A stretch of DNA of 54,358 nucleotides from NCBI GenBank assembly GCA_038212405.1, contig JBBQUN010000003.1, positions 1 through 54,358 of the forward strand, read 5' to 3'. The stretch is from Acidimicrobiales bacterium. GTDB taxonomy: Bacteria; Actinomycetota; Acidimicrobiia; Acidimicrobiales; SZUA-35. How positions within the stretch are numbered: the first letter of the stretch is position 1; each line of letters opens with the position of its first letter. The position numbers were made by a program, and so were the translations under genes. The notes beneath the pieces are model-generated. The model searched no databases and was not told where the DNA came from. It was given only the letters and a program-made list of their open reading frames with translations. Positions 28,705-37,628 of this stretch are shown in pieces.

Positions 28705-29010
28705 ATGTCGGTGAGCTGCGTCGCAGTTCTCCAGGAATCGCCAGCCCGTCGACTCGAAGCCCGACGACTGCCGGTGTTCCATGTCGTTCTCACTTGTGAT
28801 GAGGATGAGCTGAAGCGAAGAATCGAAGGTGACGAAGTCGAAGCGCAAGCGAGGGACTGGCGGATCGATCACATCGCCAAGTTCCAAGAAGCCCGTGTTT
28901 GGATGGCCCGCTCCGCAGACCTCGTCATCGACACGACCAGTACGGCTCCTTCTGCCGTGGCAAGGCAGATCGTCGCTGCAGCCAAGGTCACGCACGGTCG
29001 AACCCGCTGA
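28705..29010 (+). pseudogene. C-terminal fragment of a TmrB-like P-loop kinase/AAA protein
   Basis: VFHVVL.CDEDELKRRIEGDEVE..AR.WR.DH...ADLVIDTT. No Walker A seen upstream. Confidence 0.55.
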
Positions 29011-29128
29011 TATCTGACGTCAAGACCATTCCGGCGATCTCGTGCCCACCCCGAGAGGGGGAGATGCCAGCCCAACCGGCGGATAGTCGGGCGGAGTCAA
29101 GGTGGAGCGGACCCATCCCCGGCGGGGA

Positions 29129-29809
29129 TCAGGAGAACACCTTGACTGCGTGGCCCGCCGATCCGGCAGCGGTCTCGTCAGAAGCACCGGACCTCGGTGC
29201 GAGTGAAGCGAGCGAGTAGGCGCTTAGCGAGTAGCCGCCGACCTTCTCGCCGTTCTCGTCTGCACGGAACCGATAGCTGAGGCGTCCGCCGAAGGCGACG
29301 ACCTGACCCTTGCGGAGGTCGGTCGCTGTATCGGCGGTTCGACCCCAGGCATCGACCGGAAGCCAGAGGCGGCCGGTCTTCGTTCCGGCCTGTCCGCTGG
29401 CAATGGTGAACGTCACTCGGGCCTTGGAGCCGGCTCGATCGATGGTCGGGGCCGATTCAAGCTTGCCCGTTCCCAGCACATGATTGGCCACATCGATCTC
29501 AGCGGCGTCGAGCGACGGGTCGAGGAAGTCGAAGTCAGTGGCTGTCGCAACGAGCCGCTCACGCTGCTCGCCTGTCTGTCGGTCGCGCCACGACTTGTGC
29601 GTCAGGCGCCCGGCGATGGCGATGCCACGTCCGGTCGAGCCGTGAGCGTTGAGCACCCCGGCAGTGTTGCCCCACGCTTCGACATCGATCCAGAGTCGGC
29701 CGTGACCGAACTGGCCTGTCGCGAGTCGGAAGGTGGCGAGTACGCCGTTGGTGGTCTCTCGTCGAATGATGTCGCTGGCGATGACGCCAACGCTGTGAAA
29801 GCTGGTCAT
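29129..29809 (-). CDS. ssb: Single-stranded DNA-binding protein with two tandem OB folds
   Basis: Two repeats: FRLAT...WIDVEAWG...G..IAIAGRL...W and FTIAS...WLPVDAWG...LRKGQVVAFGGRL. AGGAG RBS. Confidence 0.85.
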   Translation of the reverse strand: MTSFHSVGVIASDIIRRETTNGVLATFRLATGQFGHGRLWIDVEAWGNTAGVLNAHGSTGRGIAIAGRLTHKSWRDRQTGEQRERLVATATDFDFLDPSLDAAEIDVANHVLGTGKLESAPTIDRAGSKARVTFTIASGQAGTKTGRLWLPVDAWGRTADTATDLRKGQVVAFGGRLSYRFRADENGEKVGGYSLSAYSLASLAPRSGASDETAAGSAGHAVKVFS

Positions 29810-29822
29810 GGCTTCTCCTGAT

Positions 29823-30230
29823 CTATTGGGACATGCCGGGCAGAGGGTCCTGCAACGGACGATTTCTGGGCTTGGGCCGTGGTCGCTTTGTGCGGTCGCC
29901 GTTCATGGCCGGCGCTGCGGTTACCGGGTCGGGGTCCATCGCTGCGATCTGGCGGAGGCGCTCGAGCGCTCCGACGATCTCGGTCCGGTCGGAGGTGTCG
30001 CCTCCGTTGGCGATGAGGAGGATGTCGCGGCCGAGCCTTCCGGGCACTGCCGGGATGTTGCGAATGCGCGCCACCGCAGCATCGAGCTGAGCGATCGGGG
30101 GGTCGGACCCCGCCAGTAGCTCGTCGTAGAAGCTGAGCAAAGCACGGACGGGACCGATGATCGACGCCAGGTCGATGACCGTTGCATCTCCATCAGTGGG
30201 AGTGTTCGCCGTAGCAGGTTCGGGTCTCAT
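29823..30230 (-). CDS. Hypothetical protein ending in QDPLPG (possible clamp-binding motif)
   Basis: ATG 6 nt after the promoter motif; ends 13 bp upstream of ssb. Confidence 0.65.
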   Translation of the reverse strand: MRPEPATANTPTDGDATVIDLASIIGPVRALLSFYDELLAGSDPPIAQLDAAVARIRNIPAVPGRLGRDILLIANGGDTSDRTEIVGALERLRQIAAMDPDPVTAAPAMNGDRTKRPRPKPRNRPLQDPLPGMSQ

Positions 30231-30234
30231 CAAC

Positions 30235-30269
30235 CCAACGAGGGACTCCGACTGGCGTCGAATCGGACA
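30235..30269 (-). promoter_or_regulatory. Element promoter motif copy 3 (hypothetical-ssb operon)
   Basis: TGTCCGAT-N15-GTCCCTCGTTGG. Shares 20 identical bp (GTCCCTCGTTGGGTTGATGA) with copy 2. Confidence 0.8.
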
Positions 30270-30801
30270 CTGATACTCAATTGGCCGAGTTCGGTGAGCT
30301 TCAACGAGCGGGCGGCGCTCTCGCCCAAAATCGCGATCGGAGCCTTGCCCGATACAGGCCCTCCGCATGACTGAGCCCTCAACGATCAGCGCTCGCGAAG
30401 CGGGCTGCCGGAAGCGGTGGGATAGGGAACCTACGAGCGAGAACTATCGTCAGTGGGGCCATGAGAATCCAATTTCCAGCTATGGCTGCAGCGCTTCTCT
30501 TCGGCTCATGCAGCGATGGGCCGGAACAGCAGACGCGAATCAGCGACGACGAAGCATCATCCAGCTCGACGACGGAGCCCGGCGACGGGGAGCGCGGTGG
30601 CGATGTCGTCCATCGGAACGTCCAAATTGATGAGTCTTTGAGCTCCTTCCCAATCATGTTCGCGGAACGCGTCTGCGCTGGTGGCACCCGTGCCGTGGCT
30701 GAACGATCTGCCTCCGGGCCCGCATGCTGGCGGCAGCAACCGATCGACAGACGGCAGAATCGGGGAATCTCTCCGATCGGCCCAAGAGTCACGACCGATC
30801 T

Positions 30802-31149
30802 ATGACGAATCCAGACGCTGCCACTGGCCCGGAACGGCGTTTCAGTTGGATTCGCCGCACTGTCTCGATGATGGTGGTTGTCTCGGTCAGCTTCTTTGTC
30901 CTGGTTGTCGTGGGCTTCGGAGCGAAGACCTCATGCACCAACGATGCCTCGGTCAACGGGCTCGATGAGACGCCGTGCGCTGTCATCGACACGTGGGCGT
31001 GGGGAGGCCTGATCCTCACGGTCACACTTGCCGTCCTTGGCTATGGAGTGTTGGTACCGAAGCGGATCCGTGAGTGGGTTCTCATCGCCATGATGGTTGT
31101 CGTGCTATTCGCTGCATCCGCCGGAATGGCCGCTGTCCATCCTGGGTGA
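30802..31149 (+). CDS. Small membrane protein (about 3 TM)
   Basis: Three hydrophobic stretches with a Cys pair in the loop. Confidence 0.5.
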   Translation: MTNPDAATGPERRFSWIRRTVSMMVVVSVSFFVLVVVGFGAKTSCTNDASVNGLDETPCAVIDTWAWGGLILTVTLAVLGYGVLVPKRIREWVLIAMMVVVLFAASAGMAAVHPG

Positions 31150-31296
31150 CGCCGGTGAGAGTTCTGACGGCGCCGATCGAGCTGATCGCTGACGCCGCTG
31201 TCGCTCTACATGCGTTGGTCCTCCCAACCTTTGTCAGCTTGGCCCATCGGCCATAGCGGTGTAGGGCACTCGCGGCTCGAGATTTCTGGTTGGACG

Positions 31297-31331
31297 TGTC
31301 CGACACGTCGAGTCGGCGCGTCCCTCGTTTG
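31297..31331 (+). promoter_or_regulatory. Element promoter motif copy 4 (T4SS operon)
   Basis: TGTCCGAC-N15-GTCCCTCGTTTG. The upstream box is embedded in the palindrome GACGTGTC-C-GACACGTC (31293-31309). Confidence 0.8.
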
Positions 31332-31372
31332 GTCTGACGGGCGGTAGTCGCCCGGATCTCAAGGAGACCAAC

Positions 31373-31687
31373 GTGTTGCACCTCGCTCGCATCAATGCCC
31401 GGCTCGCCATGGGCGGCATCCTCGCCCAGATCGCCGATCCTGCTGCCGACCCGTCCTTCCCCGGGAACGAACTGGCCGTGAGCATTCTCGGTTGGCTGAA
31501 ATGGATCGGCCTCGCGGGATGCCTCGCCAGTCTCTTCATCGGCGGAGCTGTCTGGGGCCTGTCGCAGCAGGGCGGCAACACGGTGTCTGCATCTCGCGGA
31601 CGGGTCTACGCCCTCGGCGGGGCGGCGGGCGCCGTCGTCATTGGACTGGGCGCAACGATCGTGAATCAGCTTTCGGGCCTGTCATGA
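31373..31687 (+). CDS. VirB2/TrbC-like conjugative pilin (DUF6112-like)
   Basis: Two TM helices flanking WGLSQQGGN...SRGR; AAGGAG RBS before GTG. First gene of the T4SS operon. Confidence 0.75.
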   Translation: MLHLARINARLAMGGILAQIADPAADPSFPGNELAVSILGWLKWIGLAGCLASLFIGGAVWGLSQQGGNTVSASRGRVYALGGAAGAVVIGLGATIVNQLSGLS

Positions 31688-32373
31688 GGGGGCGCATCCT
31701 TGTCCTCTCGGTCGTCACTGTTGCCGCAGTCGCCGGGCTGATCCTGACCCGCGAGGGTGGGAACGCCGCTGAATCTGGATCCAAGACGGTGAGTCCCTCG
31801 GAGCCAGCAACTCAGGGTGTCGAAGCTCCGCCAACGACGGTAAGCGACCCGACGATTCAAGTAGTCGTCGAGGTTGAGCCTCCCGAGCCGAGCGCCGAAC
31901 AAACTGAGGCGGGCGCACGGGTGGCAGCAGTTCGACTACTCGAAGCAACCGAGTCGATCGTGCTGCTCAGCCCGGCCGATGCCGCCGCCGCGCAACGCTC
32001 GCTGTCGACACAACGATCTGGCGATCGGCTTGCCGCCGAAGTCGAGGAGCAGATGATCGATCTCGTTGCGTCCGCACCCGGCGGGATCACACTTTGGGTC
32101 ACACCACTGAGCGCTCGGTCCGTTGCATCCGACGAGGGCTTCGAGGTGTCGATCTGGTACGCCGAAGTGCTGGCGATCGACTCGACCACCGTGGTCGACA
32201 ACTGGCGCACCGTCACCTACTCCCTCGCATGGGAGGACGGCGGCTGGAAGGTCGACGACATGGTCTCGCTTTCTGGACCCGTACCAACCCGTTCGGCATC
32301 GCTCCTGCCGACACGCGCCAGCGCGGTCGACGCGATGCTCACTGGCTACTCCGACGACGGGCTCACTCCGTGA
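31684..32373 (+). CDS. Bitopic conjugation protein, VirB8/TcpC-like
   Basis: N-terminal TM, WRTVTYSLAWEDGGWKV NTF2-like ending; operon position. Confidence 0.65.
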   Translation: MRGRILVLSVVTVAAVAGLILTREGGNAAESGSKTVSPSEPATQGVEAPPTTVSDPTIQVVVEVEPPEPSAEQTEAGARVAAVRLLEATESIVLLSPADAAAAQRSLSTQRSGDRLAAEVEEQMIDLVASAPGGITLWVTPLSARSVASDEGFEVSIWYAEVLAIDSTTVVDNWRTVTYSLAWEDGGWKVDDMVSLSGPVPTRSASLLPTRASAVDAMLTGYSDDGLTP

Positions 32374-33725
32374 CGCTGCTCGCAGTCGACATTCCGATCG
32401 TCGACGACCTGATCGGCGGGGTCGTTGAGGACGCTGCGACCGCTGTGCTCGACAACGTCGTCGGGGTCCTGTTCGGTCTGGTTGGTGGAGCCATCGAGGC
32501 GACGACCACCGCGCTGATCGGAGCGATGGAGGCAACCTCGTCGCTGAGCCTCACTTCGGCCGAGTTCGAAGGCTTGTCCGGCATCCGGTCGCAGGTGCTG
32601 GGCATCTCGATGGTTCTTCTCGTCGGGTTCTTGTTCATGAATGTCATGAAGTCGGTAGCCGCCGGTGAGCCCGGCAACGTCGTTCGGGCGGCTCTGGTCG
32701 ATCTGCCATCGGCGATGTTGTGGACGGCGCTCTTCACTTCGGTGGTCGACAAGGTCATCGAGGTCGTCGATCTCGCCTCGGCGGCGGTACTCGGTGATGT
32801 CGGCGAGTCGATCGGGCAGGTTGGGTCCGTCCTTGCCGCAGGGGTGGCGATCCCCACACCGGGTGCCGTGGGGGCTGGGTTGCTCGGCATCATCTTCGGA
32901 CTGCTGTATGTCTTCGCCGCTCTTCTTGTATGGGCCGAGCTGCTTGTCCGATCGGCTCTGGTCTACATCATCATCGTGATCGCACCGCTCGGGTACGCAG
33001 CGAGAGCGAGTGCCGGTGCCCGTCAGATCGCCCGGCGAATCACCGAGATGACAGCGGGGGTGATCCTGGCCAAGTTCGGCATCGCCCTCGCCTTTGGGAT
33101 CGGGGCATCCCTGATCGACAGCGGGAACACGATCGGAGATGAGTCCGGCGGTGTCGTGCCCGACTTCGACATCTCGGCCATGTTCATCGGGACCACCGTG
33201 ATCATGCTCGCCGCCTTCATGCCGTGGATGATCCTCAAGCTGATTCCAGTGCTCGAGACCGCTACCGCAATGGGCGGGGCCGAACGCAGTCCTCTCAAAG
33301 CCGCCGGCACAGCGGCAGGTATCGGCGTCGCAGCCATCACCGCCGGTCGGCTCTCGGGCACGGGCGCCGGAAGCGGTGCCGGGACTTTGAGTTCGGGAGG
33401 GTCTTCTGGTCCTGCCGGCAGCAGCCGCGGAGGAGGGTCGGATGGATCCCCGGGCTCGTCGGGTGGCGGTCCGTCCTCGTCGCCATTGGGCGGTGGGTCA
33501 TCAGCTGGGACTGCCTCAGCGGCCAGTTCGCGGAGGACGGGGCAATCGAAGGGTGGCGACACACTTGTCGGCTCAGATGACCGGGGGAGTGCGTCGAGCG
33601 TCGAGGTCGTCGATGTGGGCACGCCTCGTCCCGGAATGATCGCCGTGACGCCGCCTGCCAACCCGACTCAGCCAGGCCCGACACCGCTCGGATCGTCGAC
33701 TCGAACGAACGGAACCAACCGATGA
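32370..33725 (+). CDS. VirB6/TrbL-like polytopic membrane protein
   Basis: Multiple TMs, WAELLVRSA..Y....APL, ILAKF, Gly/Ser-rich tail; GTGA overlap. Confidence 0.8.
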   Translation: MTLLAVDIPIVDDLIGGVVEDAATAVLDNVVGVLFGLVGGAIEATTTALIGAMEATSSLSLTSAEFEGLSGIRSQVLGISMVLLVGFLFMNVMKSVAAGEPGNVVRAALVDLPSAMLWTALFTSVVDKVIEVVDLASAAVLGDVGESIGQVGSVLAAGVAIPTPGAVGAGLLGIIFGLLYVFAALLVWAELLVRSALVYIIIVIAPLGYAARASAGARQIARRITEMTAGVILAKFGIALAFGIGASLIDSGNTIGDESGGVVPDFDISAMFIGTTVIMLAAFMPWMILKLIPVLETATAMGGAERSPLKAAGTAAGIGVAAITAGRLSGTGAGSGAGTLSSGGSSGPAGSSRGGGSDGSPGSSGGGPSSSPLGGGSSAGTASAASSRRTGQSKGGDTLVGSDDRGSASSVEVVDVGTPRPGMIAVTPPANPTQPGPTPLGSSTRTNGTNR

Positions 33726-35236
33726 CGACAGGCTTCCCCGGTTCGACGGGCCGCACCTACCGGCTCAGCCCGCCCGACCGAACGGGTTGGATGTTCGGGC
33801 TTGGTCCAATCCAGCTCCTCATCTGCGCCATCGGTGTCTTCGTGGGCGTGTTCGTGATGACGATGTTCGGTCCGATCGCCGGGTGTGTGGTGATCGTCTC
33901 GTTCATCGGACTGGGAGTCGCCAAGGTCGGCGACATGTCGCTGGTGCAAGCGGTCCCGCACGCGCTGCGCTGGGCCAAGACCACGACCCGAGGACCCTCG
34001 GTCTGGTTCGCTGTCGTCCCACTTGTCGGAGGTGACGCCGAGCGGACAGCACCGAGCGTGCTGGCCGACCACGAACTACTCATCGTCGATGCCGGGCACA
34101 TCGGTGTCGGGGCAGCGGGGGCGAAGATCGCCGTCAGTCGTGATCGGCGCAACAACACCTATGCCGCCACGTTGCGGGTGGCGGGCAAACAGTTCTCACT
34201 GGTCGAGCGGGGCGAGCAGGACCATCTCGTCAACCAATGGGGAATCGCTCTCCAGGCATTCATCGCCGAACGTTCTCCGGTGGTGTCGATTCGGTGGTCG
34301 GAATGGGCCGCTCCGGCCGGGCTCGACGAGCATCGCCAATGGCTCAACGAACACCTCGCGGCTGACCCACTGTCTGATGTCCGCATGGCGTATGAACGTC
34401 TCCTCCAGGAAGCCGGATCACAGGCCACTCGCCACGAGACGTTGGTGACCGTCACCATCAACGCCGGGAAGATGTCGCTGCGCCGAACGCAAAGGGACGA
34501 CACCACCCGTGCCGCAGTCGACCTGTTGCTCACCGAGATGCGGCTCTTCGCCCAACGGCTCGAAGGCGCCGACCTTGCGGTGTCGCCACCGCTGAATCCC
34601 GGCGAGTGGGCACGGGCGATGCGGCTTCGGCTCGACCCGTCATCGCGGCTTGCCCTCGACGGTCGAGCCCGATCGCTTGGGGAGACGGCGGGGGAGTGTT
34701 CACCCGACAACGCCGGTCCGCTGGCGGCGGTTGCGAACTGGACGTCGTGGCAGACCGACGGCGCCTACCACCGTGCGTTGTACGTGTCGGACTGGCCCCG
34801 GCTCGACGTCCCGGCTGCGTGGATGGCCGACCTCATGCTCTACAACGGAGCAGTCCGAACGGTGAGCGTGTTCTTCGAACCGATCCCACGATCGAAGTCG
34901 CAGCGCTCGATCACTCGTGACGCTGCCAAGATCCAGTCCGATGCCGAGCACCGATCCGAGAAGGGCTTTCGTGTCGGAGCGCACCACCGGCGGGCGGCAC
35001 AGGCGGTCGAGGAGCGCGAGGAGGAGTTGGTCGCCGGGTATGGCGAGTTCAACTACGCCGGCGTCATCACCATCACCGCCCGGACCACCGAAGAGCTCGA
35101 CGAGGCGACCGATGAAGTGACCCAGGTTGCTGCCGCAATCGGGCTCGAGGTCCGGCCACTCAACGGTCGGCACGATCTGGCCGTGTGCGCAACGTTGCCC
35201 TTGGCTCGCGGTCTGGTCCCGAAGGAGCACATGTGA
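33722..35236 (+). CDS. SCO6880/PrgI-like conjugation protein (VirB3-like TMs + cytoplasmic domain)
   Basis: TY......R.G.MFGL...Q, two TMs, TDGAYH...YV..WPR, REEELVAG.GE, ATLPLARG. Confidence 0.8.
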   Translation: MTTGFPGSTGRTYRLSPPDRTGWMFGLGPIQLLICAIGVFVGVFVMTMFGPIAGCVVIVSFIGLGVAKVGDMSLVQAVPHALRWAKTTTRGPSVWFAVVPLVGGDAERTAPSVLADHELLIVDAGHIGVGAAGAKIAVSRDRRNNTYAATLRVAGKQFSLVERGEQDHLVNQWGIALQAFIAERSPVVSIRWSEWAAPAGLDEHRQWLNEHLAADPLSDVRMAYERLLQEAGSQATRHETLVTVTINAGKMSLRRTQRDDTTRAAVDLLLTEMRLFAQRLEGADLAVSPPLNPGEWARAMRLRLDPSSRLALDGRARSLGETAGECSPDNAGPLAAVANWTSWQTDGAYHRALYVSDWPRLDVPAAWMADLMLYNGAVRTVSVFFEPIPRSKSQRSITRDAAKIQSDAEHRSEKGFRVGAHHRRAAQAVEEREEELVAGYGEFNYAGVITITARTTEELDEATDEVTQVAAAIGLEVRPLNGRHDLAVCATLPLARGLVPKEHM

Positions 35237-36576
35237 TGACACGACTCCTGCCAAGCAGACTGCGGCTGCCCGGTTGGATGACTGCGCCCGGACTTCGTCT
35301 TCCGAGGCATCGTGCCACCACCGCACACGCGAGTGCTCTCTATCCGTTCCATACGGACTCCGGTCTGGGGACTCGGGGCGTGTACATCGGCGAGGACATC
35401 TCCGCCGGAGGTTCCTCGTGGTGCTACGACCCGTTCCAGCTCTACACCGACAAGGTCATCACCAGTCCCAACATCATCGTGCTCGGCATGGTCGGGTCCG
35501 GGAAGTCGTCGGCGGTCAAGACCTATCTGTACCGCTCGATCGGCCTCCTTGGCTCTGGCGATGGCAATCCGCGCTGGTGCGGAATCCTCGACCCGAAGGG
35601 TGAGTACGGGCCACTCGCCGAGGCTCTGGGTTTGAGCCGGCTCGCCCTCGCCCCCGGTGGGCGGATCCGGCTCAACCCAATGGACCCTGGCCCCTACAGC
35701 GAGTCGCTCGACGAGCTTCGCTCTCGACGGTCGCAGATGGTCGGCGCCATGGCTGCAGCAGTGCTCCACCGTGAGCTTCGGCCGATTGAGGACGCAGCGC
35801 TCGGCTGGGTGATCGACATCATCACACTCACCCCCAACACCAACAGCGTTCCCACGTTGCACGACGTGGTCGACCTTCTGATGCATCCGACCGACGCCAT
35901 GGTCGACAAGGCCCAGCTCGACTCGGCCAGGGAACTAGCACGCGAGATCTCCGACGTGCGACACGCACTCGGCAAACTCCTCGACGGTCACCTCCGAGGC
36001 ATGTTCGATGGCCCGACGACCGAGCACATCGACTGGGGCGGCAGGGGAGTGGTCATCGACCTGTCGTCGGTCCACACCGACCCCGATGCGCTGACCGTGG
36101 TGATGATCGCAGCCATGGGCTGGTTTCAATCGCTCCTCGCCGCCCCCGACTCCGAACACGTTCCCCGCCGGGTCCAGGTGTGGGAGGAGATCTGGGCGCT
36201 ACTCGGCCAGGAGCGCACTGCCAAGTATTTCCAGTCCTGCCAGAAGCTGTCTCGTGACTACGGCGTTGTGAACATCTCGGTCGCCCACCGCATTGCAGAT
36301 TTGCGTGCCCAATCCGACGACGGCTCGGCCGCGGCCAAGGTCGCCACGGGCTTGCTCGCCGACACTCAGACCCGAATCCTGTTCCGGCAATCAGCGGACC
36401 AAGTCCCCGAGGCCGTGCAGATGCTTGGACTGACCGGCGTCGAAGCGCAGATCCTGCCCCGTCTCGCTCGGGGGCGAGCGCTCTGGCAAGTCGCCGACCA
36501 CAAGGCCGTGGTGCAGCACCGCATCGGCTCGACCGAGTGGCCCATCACCTTGACCGACGCCAACTTGAACGTCTGA
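35236..36576 (+). CDS. VirB4-like conjugative ATPase (short form)
   Basis: HRATTAH...LYPF, GMVGSGKS Walker A, DPKGEY, RLNPMD, KLSRDYG, LARGRALW. Confidence 0.9.
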   Translation: MTRLLPSRLRLPGWMTAPGLRLPRHRATTAHASALYPFHTDSGLGTRGVYIGEDISAGGSSWCYDPFQLYTDKVITSPNIIVLGMVGSGKSSAVKTYLYRSIGLLGSGDGNPRWCGILDPKGEYGPLAEALGLSRLALAPGGRIRLNPMDPGPYSESLDELRSRRSQMVGAMAAAVLHRELRPIEDAALGWVIDIITLTPNTNSVPTLHDVVDLLMHPTDAMVDKAQLDSARELAREISDVRHALGKLLDGHLRGMFDGPTTEHIDWGGRGVVIDLSSVHTDPDALTVVMIAAMGWFQSLLAAPDSEHVPRRVQVWEEIWALLGQERTAKYFQSCQKLSRDYGVVNISVAHRIADLRAQSDDGSAAAKVATGLLADTQTRILFRQSADQVPEAVQMLGLTGVEAQILPRLARGRALWQVADHKAVVQHRIGSTEWPITLTDANLNV

Positions 36577-36653
36577 TTCGCTCATCTCACCCGGCTGATC
36601 TCACAGCACTGATCTCGACCATGGACGCCTCGTCCGGAATCAAGGAGAATACC

Positions 36654-37484
36654 ATGCACCCAGAAACCTGGAACCGACCCGAACTGGTCCCGCTGCCGTA
36701 TCCGACCAGGATCCGGTACGCGAACCCACCGTCGCATCCCGATGCGCTCAGCGGCCTGCTGACCCGATTCCCCGAGCTGTTCGTCGATCTCGAACTCGTT
36801 CCCAACCTCGAAGCCATCGAGAAGATCGCTCGTCTTGGCGACGATATCGACTGCACAACTGATCCTCACTGGCGGTGGGGGCTGCCCACCCCGTCGCTCC
36901 TCCGCTTCCAACGGCGACTCTACGAACGGTTCGCCGTGTCGATCATGGACACCGATTTCGACCTGCTCGTCGACAACATCTTGCGAACCATGTTCCGGCG
37001 TGAGGCGTCGCTCGAAGTGCTTCGGCTGCTCGCTTCGCTCCGAACCGTCGAGGCGTTGACGCTCGGACACGATGTGCCCGGCGGCTTCTACCAACTCGAA
37101 CTCCTCCAATCGGTCCGCCCCGTCTGGCTGGTCGAAATCATCGAACGAATGGCCGCTCTTCTTTCTGTTCCCGTGCCCGCCTACAGCGCAGGGACCGTGC
37201 CCGGCGTCTTCGGCTTCCTGGTCGGCATCAACGGCCGCCGAACGGGAGCCATCATCACCATCACCGAAACAGGTGATGGGGGGCGGAGGGTCTGGTGCGA
37301 GCACCTCGATCACGGAGCCGAGTCGTGGTCAGTCGACGAACTCAGCAACGACGACCGCCGCTGTCTGCTCGACATGGTCGCCGAAGTCATCAAAACCGAT
37401 GTGGCCGAACCCTTCTGCCTGCCCGCTCCAACTGCTCGAGTGATTTCGGCGAGAGATTCCGCGGAGGTGCGCGAAGCTCTGTAG
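36654..37484 (+). CDS. Hypothetical protein
   Basis: AAGGAG RBS, GC-rich codon pattern; no motif recognised. Confidence 0.65.
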   Translation: MHPETWNRPELVPLPYPTRIRYANPPSHPDALSGLLTRFPELFVDLELVPNLEAIEKIARLGDDIDCTTDPHWRWGLPTPSLLRFQRRLYERFAVSIMDTDFDLLVDNILRTMFRREASLEVLRLLASLRTVEALTLGHDVPGGFYQLELLQSVRPVWLVEIIERMAALLSVPVPAYSAGTVPGVFGFLVGINGRRTGAIITITETGDGGRRVWCEHLDHGAESWSVDELSNDDRRCLLDMVAEVIKTDVAEPFCLPAPTARVISARDSAEVREAL

Positions 37485-37628
37485 GAAGCGGTTGCTGGCG
37501 GTACCGATCCTCATCGTCGTCGATATGTGCGCCCCCGATCGGCACTTGTCTCCAGTGGGGCGTGCCCCATCTGGATATCGACCGCGCGTTAGGGGGCGGT
37601 CGGCGTTGAGCGAACGTTGGGGGCATCG

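Noticed and set aside
30461-30805. 114-aa lipoprotein-like ORF
   Set aside because: Signal-like start, but the remainder looks non-coding or frameshifted; at best a remnant.
33350-33560. GGC/TCG-rich repetitive stretch (also the ACC/ACG run at about 16985-17075)
   Set aside because: Explained by Gly/Ser- and Thr-rich protein linkers, not DNA-level repeats.
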